This document shows, in pieces, positions 35,724 through 45,133 of a DNA stretch of 64,000 nt. Location: NCBI GenBank assembly GCA_963765085.1, contig CAVXVL010000037.1:29852-93851 (forward strand), read 5' to 3'. The DNA comes from Terriglobia bacterium (GTDB taxonomy: Bacteria > Acidobacteriota > Terriglobia > Bryobacterales > Bryobacteraceae). Position 1 is the first letter of the stretch; each line of letters begins with the position of its first letter. The notes beneath the pieces are model-generated. The model was not told the origin of the DNA. It ran no database searches and saw only the letters and a list, made by a program, of their open reading frames with translations. Position numbers and translations under genes: made by a program.

Positions 35724-37259
35724 TTAGCGCTCGCGCGATCGCCGGCGGTCTCCGATCAGAGCTGCCGCGCTCAAAGAACTCGCGAGCGCAAGGGCGACGG
35801 ACAGCCACAAGACTGTTCGAAAGCCGTCGACAAAGGCCTCTTCGATCGCTTGCCGTCCTCGTACGTCATCTGTTACCACGGCGGCAAGCTTCCATCGCTG
35901 GCTTTCAATGTTTGCCCGCACGGCGGGGGCGACATTGGAATGATCCAACCGCCGATGCAAACTGCCTTGGAACACGCCGCTCAGCAAGACTCCAAAGATG
36001 GCCACGGAAAGTAAGCCGGCCACACGCGAAACGGCGTTGTTCATGCCCGACGCCGCACCCGCATAACTTTGCTCCACCGCGTCCATCACGGTCGTGGTCA
36101 GGGGAGCCACGCTGATTGCCATGCCGAACCCGAGCGTCATCACGGCCGGGAAGAAAGTCGTCCAGTAAGATCCGCCGATACCCGGAATCGTAAACAGCCC
36201 GAATCCGACGGCGGTAATCAACGGGCCCACGACCAACGGAGCCTTCGCCCCGTAGCGATCGAGAAGTCCGCCGGACCAGCGCGAGAGCAAAAACATCAAG
36301 AGGATGAGGGGCAGAAGGGCGGCTCCCGCCGCCGTGGCCGAGTAGCCTTGGACCTGAATCAAATTAAGCGGGAAAAAGAAAAGAAGGCCGTTGAGCGCGG
36401 AGTACAGAAAAAAGGTCATCAGGCTTGCTCCGCTCAAATTACGGGAGCGGAACATGCCGAGCGGGATCATCGGCGAGCTCGACCGCGCCTCCCAAAACAG
36501 CAGCCCTGCCAAGGCAGCCGTCCCCATTACCCCGGCTCCCGGTTTCGATTCGATCAAGCCAAACACGATTCCGCCCAATCCGAGTGCTGCCAACAGGCCG
36601 CCCAACGCATCGAAGCGCTGATTCGAGGAGCCAGACCGGCTTTCCGGGACCTTCCACAAGGTGAGCAAAACAACAACAAGCCCCACGGGGACGTTAATGA
36701 AAAACACGGATCTCCACGAGCCGTGCTCAACAAACCATCCGCCCAGCACCGGACCGATCGCGGCGGTGATGGAAGTAAAACCGGACCATGTCCCGATCGC
36801 GCGTCCGCGCTGCCCTTCCGGAAAATTGGCGCTAATCAGAGCCAGGCTTCCGGGGACGAGCAGCGCGCCTCCCGCTCCTTGGACGCCTCGGGCGACGATG
36901 AGCTGACCGATATTGGACGCAATCCCGCACCAAGCCGAGGCTGCCGAAAATACAACGACGCCGATTACAAAAATCTTGCGGCGGCCGTACAAGTCTCCCA
37001 AGGATCCACCAACGAGCAGGAGCGCCGCCAGAAACAGCGCGTAGGATTCCACAACCCATTGAACCTGTGCCAGCGTCGCGCCGAGAGCCGATTGAATCGC
37101 CGCCAACGCGACATTCACGACCGTTCCGTCGATGAACGCCATGCTGGAGCCGAGGATGGTCGCCGCCAGAATCCAAGGTCCGTTGTTTGTTTCGGGACTC
37201 TCGCAATGGCCCGCGAGGATCGCGGCTTCGGCGCACGGAGGCCGGACGATACTGGCCAT
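35724..37259 (-). CDS. MFS transporter, DHA2 (EmrB/QacA, 14-TMS) family
   Basis: 511 aa, 14 hydrophobic segments, motifs [11 protein letters not shown] and GAGGALLVP. Confidence 0.85.
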   Translation of the reverse strand: MASIVRPPCAEAAILAGHCESPETNNGPWILAATILGSSMAFIDGTVVNVALAAIQSALGATLAQVQWVVESYALFLAALLLVGGSLGDLYGRRKIFVIGVVVFSAASAWCGIASNIGQLIVARGVQGAGGALLVPGSLALISANFPEGQRGRAIGTWSGFTSITAAIGPVLGGWFVEHGSWRSVFFINVPVGLVVVLLTLWKVPESRSGSSNQRFDALGGLLAALGLGGIVFGLIESKPGAGVMGTAALAGLLFWEARSSSPMIPLGMFRSRNLSGASLMTFFLYSALNGLLFFFPLNLIQVQGYSATAAGAALLPLILLMFLLSRWSGGLLDRYGAKAPLVVGPLITAVGFGLFTIPGIGGSYWTTFFPAVMTLGFGMAISVAPLTTTVMDAVEQSYAGAASGMNNAVSRVAGLLSVAIFGVLLSGVFQGSLHRRLDHSNVAPAVRANIESQRWKLAAVVTDDVRGRQAIEEAFVDGFRTVLWLSVALALASSLSAAALIGDRRRSRER

Positions 37260-37376
37260 ACTTCATTCTCCGCCAGACAAAATCGGATCGGTAAGGGCCG
37301 AGGCCCACCACATGATTGCAGCGGTGCGTGGATACTCTATATGCTGGTTGGGCCGCTCGAACGGCAGGGAGCTCGT

Positions 37377-37847
37377 ATGTCCTCAAAACGTAACGTGAAC
37401 GCTGCCACGCGACGCCGCAGTTTGGCTAGTTTGGCCGGGATGGCCGCGTTTGCTTCGGCGACCAAAATAGCCTGGAGCGCAGAGCCCCAGTCCGGTGTGC
37501 CACAAAGCGGTTCGATGATCAAGCGAGCTTCGCTGCTCGCGCGAAAACCGGGGACGTCTCACGAACAGTTCGTGAAGCACTGGGTCGAGGTGCACGCGCC
37601 GATGGCCCGCGCCTGCCCTGGTATCAGCCGTTATATACTCACGATCGTCAAATCCGCCTCGACGCGCAAAGACGTGGCGCCCATTGAAATCCAGGTCGAC
37701 GGCATTGCCGAGTTGTGGTTCAAAGATCAGGCGGCATTCGATTTGTATCAGAACTCGCCGGCCACCAAACGGCTTCGTGACGATGGAGCGACCTTCATCG
37801 GCCGCGAAATCGATTTCGTCACTGAGGAAAAGGTCGTCATTTCGTAA
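37377..37847 (+). CDS. EthD-domain protein with twin-arginine leader
   Basis: ATG 37377 after AGGGAG. Leader TRRRSLASLAGMAAFASA. EthD-like core FVKHWVEVHAPMA...IAELWF...F. The 592-aa ORF 36069..37847 is otherwise antisense to the MFS gene. Confidence 0.7.
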   Translation: MSSKRNVNAATRRRSLASLAGMAAFASATKIAWSAEPQSGVPQSGSMIKRASLLARKPGTSHEQFVKHWVEVHAPMARACPGISRYILTIVKSASTRKDVAPIEIQVDGIAELWFKDQAAFDLYQNSPATKRLRDDGATFIGREIDFVTEEKVVIS

Positions 37848-37957
37848 AATCGCCCGAACGCGGTCTTTTGTCCGGTTCACCTCGTTCGCGATAGATAGTT
37901 GCTTAAAAGTCGGGCGAAGACTGTATACTTACTTCAAACTGCCATCTTGGAGGGCCA

Positions 37958-39043
37958 ATGGAGAGTCGTCGCTCTTTTTTTCAAGATGTAGCGATCCTCT
38001 CGGCTCTTGCCGCGGCGTTTGCCGGCGAGGTCGAGGCCCAGCCTGCCGCGAAAAAGACGCAGGAATTCTGGGATGAGTACTTCGACGAGGCCGAACGCAC
38101 GGACGATCGGACCAGCCGAGGAGCCACAGGGCCTACGACGCTGGATCCGAAAAAGATCGCGAACTTTCTGCAAGGAACCGACAACGGCCTTCGGTTTTCG
38201 AGCGATATCGCCAATACCGAGCTGATGGCTCCTCCGAGTCCGGAGAAGGACGTCGTGGTTACGGTAACCCCCGGCGTTTTTCGCCCGAGCACAGACGATC
38301 ATTCACGCATCCAGGAGGCCCGGGGATCCCAAGTGCGCGTCGATTGGTTTCAGAAGCAACCCTTGATGAACCTGGTGTCCCCCATGGCGTGGGCCGGTCT
38401 GGCGGCCTGGTCCCCGAACCGGAACGACCCGATGACGAAAAAGCCGAAGGCCGCGCCTCTGCCCCCGGACCTCACAGGTCTGAATTTTCGCGACCCGAAC
38501 TCGCCTGATGCGCCGGCCAATAATCAAGTCATTCTGATGGGAGGCTCGGGCAAGATGGCGGTCAACGTCAACGCCGTGCGTCACAACGACAAAGTCGATG
38601 CGGCGCTGAAAGCAACCGTCGACTACTCGTCGATTGTGGCGCCCTACTTCGGATTTGCTCCGCTCGCCATTCCGGCCCTCCGGGCTTTCACTCAGCTGAT
38701 CGGTTATCTTTATCACCGCGAATACGTGCTCATGAATTCGGTCCCTGTGAACATCGTGGCAACTCAGGACGCCGGATCGAACGACGGCTCCGCGAACAAG
38801 GTGAAGATGGTCAGCGGCCAATATCTGGCGGTGCCGGATGAACATCTCGACAGGCTCAAGAGTTCCATGCCGCAGCTCCGCATCGACGATACCGGCTGGC
38901 TGGTGCATCAGGATTCCGACAAGAATGCAAAGCCCGCGGAACGAGGAGCGGATCCGAAAGTGCCGGACGCCACTTACATGTCCATGAATGTGAAGGTCAG
39001 CCTGCTGAGCGACGCGATGAAGGAAAAGGCAAAAGGCGCTTAG
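37958..39043 (+). CDS. Tat-exported protein of unknown function
   Basis: Leader SRRSFFQDVAILSALAAAFAG, 361 aa, no domain I can recognise. Convergent with the caspase gene. Confidence 0.55.
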   Translation: MESRRSFFQDVAILSALAAAFAGEVEAQPAAKKTQEFWDEYFDEAERTDDRTSRGATGPTTLDPKKIANFLQGTDNGLRFSSDIANTELMAPPSPEKDVVVTVTPGVFRPSTDDHSRIQEARGSQVRVDWFQKQPLMNLVSPMAWAGLAAWSPNRNDPMTKKPKAAPLPPDLTGLNFRDPNSPDAPANNQVILMGGSGKMAVNVNAVRHNDKVDAALKATVDYSSIVAPYFGFAPLAIPALRAFTQLIGYLYHREYVLMNSVPVNIVATQDAGSNDGSANKVKMVSGQYLAVPDEHLDRLKSSMPQLRIDDTGWLVHQDSDKNAKPAERGADPKVPDATYMSMNVKVSLLSDAMKEKAKGA

Positions 39044-39121
39044 GCCCGGGAATCGGGCGATTGCTGGAGGATTTCAGAGCTGTCGGTTCGCTGCTCAATA
39101 TCAGGAAGCGAAATCGGCCGG

Positions 39122-41551
39122 TCACTTCGGAACGCTGAGAATTGGCACTTGTTCCAGGCCCCAGGTTGTGGGAACGGCCGGGTTGCGCAAGGAGCCTCTC
39201 GTTCCTGAAGCACCGACATCCGATAGCAACTGAGTCAAGCGATCCTGATACTCGATTCCGCGGGACGCGCCCTTGGTTCGAACGCCGTCAAACTCAAAAA
39301 TCCGGGGATCTTCGATGGGCTGCTTCGACGTCAACAGAAAGTAGGTGTCGACGCCGTACGGTTCGGCGACTTCGAAATCGTAGTCTTGATTTTCGGTCAC
39401 TTGAATTTCAGGCTGAATATCCCTGCGATCGTTCTTCTTTCTCGGGAATTGATTTCCCGCGTTGCCTTCTCCGAGTGCCGGAAAAAGCAGGGTTCCCTTC
39501 CCGTAACCATCGATCGCGAAAATATAGATCCACCGATCGGCGACGCCGCGTCGAATGTCATCCTCGGATGCGCGCAGATACATCTTATAGCGAAGGCCGC
39601 CCTTCATCTCGTTGCCGGTAACGAAGCCGGTTTTGGCTTTGCCCACTTCGCGAAAGGCAAGATGATACGGAAATGCCGACGCAGTCTCCGCGCCTTCTGG
39701 AGGGGCGAGCAGCGTAAGCCATGCTCTCAGCCGGCCCAAGCGAAGCACATGGACGGTCAGATCGCTGGCGGCCCGATGGACGGACTCGGGCGGCTCACCG
39801 AACGCGATCCAATCGGTTCGCAGAGGCAGCGGCAAGCGTTCGGCTGCACCTTTTTCGGTCGCCATTTTTCGAACGCTCTCTTCGGTTGCGTCGATCTGGA
39901 CCCACGCATACTCCACGCCGGATGCGCCGGCGCGGCCCAGGAGCCGATACTGATCGCCGCCCGGCTGCTGCAGGATCTTGACGCTCGAACCACCGCCGGT
40001 GAGTTTGAGTTCATCCACTAATTCAGGCGTCGGCGGCAGGATGAGCAGGAAATTCGTATTCTTCTCGATGCGGGCGCGGACCTGGTCCGCAGTCGGATTC
40101 ATCCCTAGCCGCAGCGGAATCCCCGACGCGGGATTCTTCTCGATCAGCCACTCTTTCCCGTCCCAATGCATCACTTGCCCGGGAGTTTTTTCCGTGGAAT
40201 CGCTGACCCAGCGAACGGACTTATCACCGCGCAGTTTGCCGATCTCAGCCGCGACGTTCGAAACCACCGCCGCAGGCGCCGTGGGAGGCAGATAAACGCT
40301 CAACATCGGATCGTCCGGAATCACCCACCGGTCGACTTCAAAAACATCGTTCTTGTGGATGGTTCCAGCACCTTCGATCTTTTGCGCCTCAGACCGCACC
40401 AGATCGAGCGACGAAGTAACCCGAATCTCTATCGGACTCTCCGTACTCAAAATCCGTTTCATCTCGCAGCCTTGGTAGATCCCGATCGCCTTTCCACCGC
40501 GCAAAATGATCTTCCCGTCATTGCCGATGGAATCGACAACGGCCGTCGTGGAACTGACCGCGCTGGCGGGCAGTCCGAAAAGAGTGATGCCGTGGACATC
40601 TTTTCCTTTCAATTCGGGCTGCTGCGCAAAGTTATCGGTTTTCAAAAGCGATGCCGCGCGCTGGACGACGAGGTCGGCAGGTTGATCGAGCCCCTGTTCA
40701 AGAGCCTTTCTCAACGCCCAAGTGAATGCGCCGTGCTGACCCTCCGGCGTATCCGGATTCTCCTGCGCGGGTTCATCGTCTTGCGAGGCAGCCAGAAAAA
40801 CGACGCCCGCGTCGACGGGATTAATCTCTTTGCCGGTTGCGGGATCCTTATCGGCTGGATCGTCGATCTGGACTGGATACGGTTTCGCGTCGGGAGCGGG
40901 CGCGCCCCGCGCGGTTCGGGTCATGCCGCGCTCATTCCAAACTCCGCGCGATAATCCGCCGCTATGGCAGCTATCGGCGATGAAAATCACCTTCACGCCC
41001 TTCTTGCCCGCCTTCCACAAAATTCGCGAGAGTTCCTTGTCCCGGATATCGGGAACATCGCCTTTGTAGTGATCCGCGGGAACGATGGTCTGATCGAGCT
41101 TATATCTCTCGTTGGTCGCTTCGTTCCGGACCGTGCTGCCGTGGCCGGAATAGTAGACGACGCGAATATCGCCCTTGACCGTTTCATCGATCAGTTTCCG
41201 CTGAAGAGTTGCCAGAATCGCATTGGCGGTTGCATCCTGATTTTTCAACACCGCAATATCTTTAAAACCTAATTTGTCCGACGACAGAATGCTTTCGATA
41301 AGCTCAATATCCTTGACCGCTCCTTGAAGATCGGGAAAAATCCACGCCGACCAATTTCCTCGCGCGGACGGCCTTTTCACCATCGGCGTCGTGTCCTTGG
41401 ACGCAGACGGATTCTTAGGGTTGTAGACATCGATCCCGATCAGCACCGCGCTTTTTTGCTCGGCCGCGAAGACACCCACGAAGGGGATGAGAAAGAGCAG
41501 AACAAACGGCCACAGCCGCCGATTTCGAATCCGTGGACGGGAGAGTGCCAT
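39122..41551 (-). CDS. secreted peptidase C14 (caspase-fold) protein with C-terminal DUF4384-like module
   Basis: Signal/anchor RRLWPFVLLFLIPFVGVFAA. Catalytic His (VYYSGHGS) and Cys (FIADSCHSGG) are intact. The C-terminus (YKMYLRASEDD...WIYIFAIDGYGKGTLLFP...DTYFLLTS) resembles DUF4384. Confidence 0.85.
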   Translation of the reverse strand: MALSRPRIRNRRLWPFVLLFLIPFVGVFAAEQKSAVLIGIDVYNPKNPSASKDTTPMVKRPSARGNWSAWIFPDLQGAVKDIELIESILSSDKLGFKDIAVLKNQDATANAILATLQRKLIDETVKGDIRVVYYSGHGSTVRNEATNERYKLDQTIVPADHYKGDVPDIRDKELSRILWKAGKKGVKVIFIADSCHSGGLSRGVWNERGMTRTARGAPAPDAKPYPVQIDDPADKDPATGKEINPVDAGVVFLAASQDDEPAQENPDTPEGQHGAFTWALRKALEQGLDQPADLVVQRAASLLKTDNFAQQPELKGKDVHGITLFGLPASAVSSTTAVVDSIGNDGKIILRGGKAIGIYQGCEMKRILSTESPIEIRVTSSLDLVRSEAQKIEGAGTIHKNDVFEVDRWVIPDDPMLSVYLPPTAPAAVVSNVAAEIGKLRGDKSVRWVSDSTEKTPGQVMHWDGKEWLIEKNPASGIPLRLGMNPTADQVRARIEKNTNFLLILPPTPELVDELKLTGGGSSVKILQQPGGDQYRLLGRAGASGVEYAWVQIDATEESVRKMATEKGAAERLPLPLRTDWIAFGEPPESVHRAASDLTVHVLRLGRLRAWLTLLAPPEGAETASAFPYHLAFREVGKAKTGFVTGNEMKGGLRYKMYLRASEDDIRRGVADRWIYIFAIDGYGKGTLLFPALGEGNAGNQFPRKKNDRRDIQPEIQVTENQDYDFEVAEPYGVDTYFLLTSKQPIEDPRIFEFDGVRTKGASRGIEYQDRLTQLLSDVGASGTRGSLRNPAVPTTWGLEQVPILSVPK

Positions 41552-41587
41552 GGCGCGAATTTTACCAATATTTACGGAGGAGTTTAA

Positions 41588-42796
41588 TCATGACAGCTCC
41601 CGGCTCGCTTGCGCGGCAGGTGCTTCGGATGCGTCGTGCGCAGGCTCGGCGTGGGCCTTCCACTTTGCCAACTCTTTCACAAGTTTTCGATGTTCGATCG
41701 CATGCTCCATGGTGAATTCCACCAACTTATGAAAGAACATCCCGAGCAAAACCGGAACAAAGCTAAAGAAATACCCAGAGGTGCTGAAGGCGGCGACACT
41801 GAGCAGGATGGCAAAGAAAGGTATCAGGAAAAAAGATAAAAGCAGTACCCAAATCCGGTGCAGGAACCAGGTCGCCGTGAGCAAGCATATGCCGAGCGTC
41901 AAGTCGATTCCGAGGAAGACCTCCGGCGTGGGCGAGGTAATTTTTTTCTCCATCGAAGAGATTGTCAGAGCGAGGATATCCACGCCATCCAGATAGCCAA
42001 CGGGCGTAACGTATTTGTCGCGCGCGGCGCGATACGATCCTCCGATGAGCGCGATCCTGTCTTTCAACGGGTTGGAATTTCGCCAGGCTTCCGCAGTCGC
42101 AGCTTTTACGACTGTTTCAGCGGAAACGTGCGGAAACGAGACGCCGCCGCCCGCATAATTCACGAGCTTCTCCTGGTCTGAATCGCTATCGGACGGCACG
42201 ACCGAGAAGCTCGGAGGATTGCACGCCAGTGAAAGATTCAAGTCCAACTGTTCGATCACAAATGCGAAATTCCCGGCCGCGATCATTTGACCCTGTCGTT
42301 CCTCGCGCATGACGGGAACGTAGCCGCGAACCACGCCGTATTCGTCCGGCATGGAAGCCGGTACACCCTGGCAGGCGGGCGACGTCAATCCCTTCAATTC
42401 GTCGAGGTGCGATGATTTTGTGGCCGGGTCGTACGATCCGCCGACCGCCCAGGCGAGCCTCGGGGCGCTGCCGGAAGGCGACGACGCCGTGACGGCGGCG
42501 ACTAGATTCATTCGCTCTTCCGCCGTCCAATCGGACGTGTCAAGATCGACGGCGATTACCTTTGCGCCTGAAAGAGCGCACGCCCGCACCAGTTCCAGCA
42601 CCGTCTGCGGAGACAGTGGACTCTTGTTCCCGAACATCTCCTCGTAGTCGGTATCCGTGACGGAAACCACAACGATATTCGCGGATTCGGGCGGCCTTTT
42701 CTGACTCAGAAACAGGACATCGAGATTCGTCATCTCGAGGTTCCTCAGCACGTCGTGCCTGTGCAGATACCAGGAGAACGCGCCGATGACAAGCAC
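41588..42796 (-). CDS. CHASE2-domain membrane protein without a cytoplasmic output domain
   Basis: GTG start. Periplasmic region with CHASE2-like blocks (IVVVSVTDTDYEE, AKVIAVDL, RIALIGGSY...D.Y.TP), followed by three TM helices and a tail of only ~45 aa. Confidence 0.7.
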   Translation of the reverse strand: MLVIGAFSWYLHRHDVLRNLEMTNLDVLFLSQKRPPESANIVVVSVTDTDYEEMFGNKSPLSPQTVLELVRACALSGAKVIAVDLDTSDWTAEERMNLVAAVTASSPSGSAPRLAWAVGGSYDPATKSSHLDELKGLTSPACQGVPASMPDEYGVVRGYVPVMREERQGQMIAAGNFAFVIEQLDLNLSLACNPPSFSVVPSDSDSDQEKLVNYAGGGVSFPHVSAETVVKAATAEAWRNSNPLKDRIALIGGSYRAARDKYVTPVGYLDGVDILALTISSMEKKITSPTPEVFLGIDLTLGICLLTATWFLHRIWVLLLSFFLIPFFAILLSVAAFSTSGYFFSFVPVLLGMFFHKLVEFTMEHAIEHRKLVKELAKWKAHAEPAHDASEAPAAQASRELS

Positions 42797-42863
42797 GAGA
42801 GCAATCCCGGAGGAGAAGTGCCGCCAGGCGGAACGACCCGGTTCGTGGTCCGAATTCCAGAAG

Positions 42864-43676
42864 CTACTTGGCAGGCGCTAACCTCTCTGAAAGTTGCATC
42901 AGCACGGCCGCAAGATAATCGTGCCGCGCGGAGGCCATGTCATCCGGCCAACCGCTAGAGACTTGCGCCGCGTTAACAAAATCGGTTCGTAGGACCGCTG
43001 CCTGACGAGGAGTGGTGACGAGCACCACGATCGGCCTGCCTCCCGGCATCAACTGAAGCGTGTACAGGCCCGCCCGAATCGAAGGACCTTTCGCGAGGGC
43101 TTTCGGCGGTTCCCAGCGAAGGCCGAGTGGAACGACTCTACTGTCCTCTCCCAGCGATGTCAATTCCGCATCGAAAACTCCTCGCTCCAGGCCCGCGAGC
43201 GCCGGAGCGAAATCGGGCATGCCTCCCTGGAGGGCGAGCACGCTTTCTCGCGCGTCCACAGAGGAAATTTGGATTCCGCGGCTCATCGTGAAAACGGGCG
43301 CAGGAGATGCGGAAATCGTGAGTCGGCTCCAGATCGCCTGCATACGCTGTGGGATCGTACGATCGGCCGTTGTCAGACTGACTTCCAACGGTTGAGCGCA
43401 TTCGTTGGGCGCGCTTCTACAGTCCCGACTTCCCACTGTTCCATCGAGCAGACCAACATGGATATAGGCGCCGGCCGGTTCTCCCCGCAGCGCCACCACG
43501 TCATGGTTGTGTAGCGCCATGCCGCGCACAAGACCGGAAGCGTATTGCGGAGCGATCCGCCAGTCGCCCTGGATCTCGAAAACGTAGGCGACGGTGTTAT
43601 CGGGGGTCGTTTGGCCGAACGCGCAGCAGGCCGCGAAACAGATCCCCGAAAACAGCAGCCGTGAAGAGCGGTTCAT
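42864..43676 (-). CDS. secreted protein, N-terminal FecR-like beta-sandwich (tentative)
   Basis: ATG 43676; signal peptide MNRSSRLLFSGICFAACCAFGQ. The segment AYVFEIQGDWRIAP...GMALHNHDVVALRGEPAGAYIHVGLLDGTV resembles the FecR domain pattern. Confidence 0.5.
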   Translation of the reverse strand: MNRSSRLLFSGICFAACCAFGQTTPDNTVAYVFEIQGDWRIAPQYASGLVRGMALHNHDVVALRGEPAGAYIHVGLLDGTVGSRDCRSAPNECAQPLEVSLTTADRTIPQRMQAIWSRLTISASPAPVFTMSRGIQISSVDARESVLALQGGMPDFAPALAGLERGVFDAELTSLGEDSRVVPLGLRWEPPKALAKGPSIRAGLYTLQLMPGGRPIVVLVTTPRQAAVLRTDFVNAAQVSSGWPDDMASARHDYLAAVLMQLSERLAPAK

Positions 43677-43919
43677 GATGCGAGCGGAACCAGCCGCGCA
43701 GCAATTGAATATGGCCAATCGCGGAATCGTGGTTTCCGATCCACGAATTCGTATTGCTGCCGTTGGGCTATTCTGCCATTTTCGACGGTATCGAATCAAC
43801 TAACAGTGTCCCGGCGCCGCCGCTCAAGGAATCGGCACAGGCCCCGCAATCGGATTCACGAGAGCGGGGCGTCTATCGATAATGGCCTCGCAGCCTCCCG
43901 TGCTGTGCATAATGAACGC

Positions 43920-44468
43920 ATGGCGCTTTCATTCACAACCTCGTGCCTCGAGGACTCACTGAGCCTTTTCCGCCAATACCAACGGCTTTCGGAAAGAGCG
44001 ATCGAACAAGCGACGGACGCACAACTCCTCATCCATCTCGACCAGGAGTCGAACTCCATCGCGCTCATCGTGAAGCATCTGTCCGGGAATTTGCGTTCGC
44101 GTTGGACGGATTTCCTGACGACTGACGGGGAAAAACCCGATCGCGACCGCGATCGTGAATTTCTGGAACCACCCGCCACGCGCGCGGAGCTTCTCAAAAT
44201 GTGGACGGAGGGCTGGGATTGCCTCTACCTCGCGGTCGGTCAGCTCACCGAAGCCGATCTCTCCCGCACGATTTATATCCGTGGGGAAGCGCATTCGGTG
44301 ATGCAGGCGATCCATCGCGCGGTGGGACATTGCGCCTATCATTGCGGGCAGATCGTGATGCTCGCCAAACACTTGAACAGCACGCACTGGCAAACGCTCA
44401 CCGTGCCGCGCGGTAAATCGAAGGAATATCACCAGCAGGTCAGCCGCGGCGAAAAATCACAACGTTAG
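43920..44468 (+). CDS. DinB-superfamily (DUF1572-like) protein
   Basis: ATG 43920. Four-helix-bundle pattern with the conserved His triad context (IVKHLSGN, HRAVGHCAYHCGQIV). Confidence 0.65.
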   Translation: MALSFTTSCLEDSLSLFRQYQRLSERAIEQATDAQLLIHLDQESNSIALIVKHLSGNLRSRWTDFLTTDGEKPDRDRDREFLEPPATRAELLKMWTEGWDCLYLAVGQLTEADLSRTIYIRGEAHSVMQAIHRAVGHCAYHCGQIVMLAKHLNSTHWQTLTVPRGKSKEYHQQVSRGEKSQR

Positions 44469-44472
44469 CGAT

Positions 44473-45006
44473 TTACTTCGCGTCCGAGCAAACCGGACCC
44501 AGCCATTTGGAGGTTCCGGAAATGTTCATGTTCATATTGGTGGCCTTGCCGTCGCCACCGCTTGCAACCACGGCAAACTTCATGGACTCGGGGCTGAGCG
44601 CCTCAATCGTCATCGTGCCGGACTGTTTCTTTCCGCCGTGATCGCAATCCACCTGAATCACCTGCTTACTGGAGGACGAGCTCAGCACGTTGGTCTTGCA
44701 GTTTGCGTCGTTGTTCAGAGGCAGCCGGGTGAGATCTTCCTTCTTCGTGCAGGACTTCGAAGTCGCCGTCCGCGGGGCGCCGTTCATCTGCGCCATCATG
44801 GCTTGCAGCTTGGCGCGCTGTTCGGGCGGAATCTGAGCGAGCTGCTCGGGCGTGAGCTGCGGCATCTGATGCGCCTGTTGCGCCATGCCGGTAATCTGGG
44901 TGGTCACCGTGGTTTCCCACTGTCCAATCTTGACGTCCATGGGAACGAGATCGGCGGCCCAAACCGCGGGGGCGGCGACGAAAATGAGGGCGAGCGAAAA
45001 CTTCAT
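44473..45006 (-). CDS. DUF3617-family secreted protein
   Basis: ATG 45006 after GGAGGA; signal peptide. Family pattern GQWE...C.KKED...C...C.HGG..Q.G...W.GP.C. Confidence 0.7.
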   Translation of the reverse strand: MKFSLALIFVAAPAVWAADLVPMDVKIGQWETTVTTQITGMAQQAHQMPQLTPEQLAQIPPEQRAKLQAMMAQMNGAPRTATSKSCTKKEDLTRLPLNNDANCKTNVLSSSSSKQVIQVDCDHGGKKQSGTMTIEALSPESMKFAVVASGGDGKATNMNMNISGTSKWLGPVCSDAK

Positions 45007-45133
45007 CGTTATTCCTCCGAAAAACGCGATGCGGTAGCGCGCACTTCGCGCGGCATCGATCATGTTCCTTAAGGTAGCATTTTGCTTGCGGCGGCCGAAA
45101 TAAGGTGTCTGCATTAATACCGGCTGTACGAAA

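Noticed and set aside
36069-37376. N-terminal 436 codons of the 592-aa ORF 36069..37847
   Set aside because: It is antisense to the well-supported MFS transporter and has low-complexity Arg/Gly/Gln composition. Only the last 156 codons (from ATG 37377 with an RBS) form a credible EthD protein.
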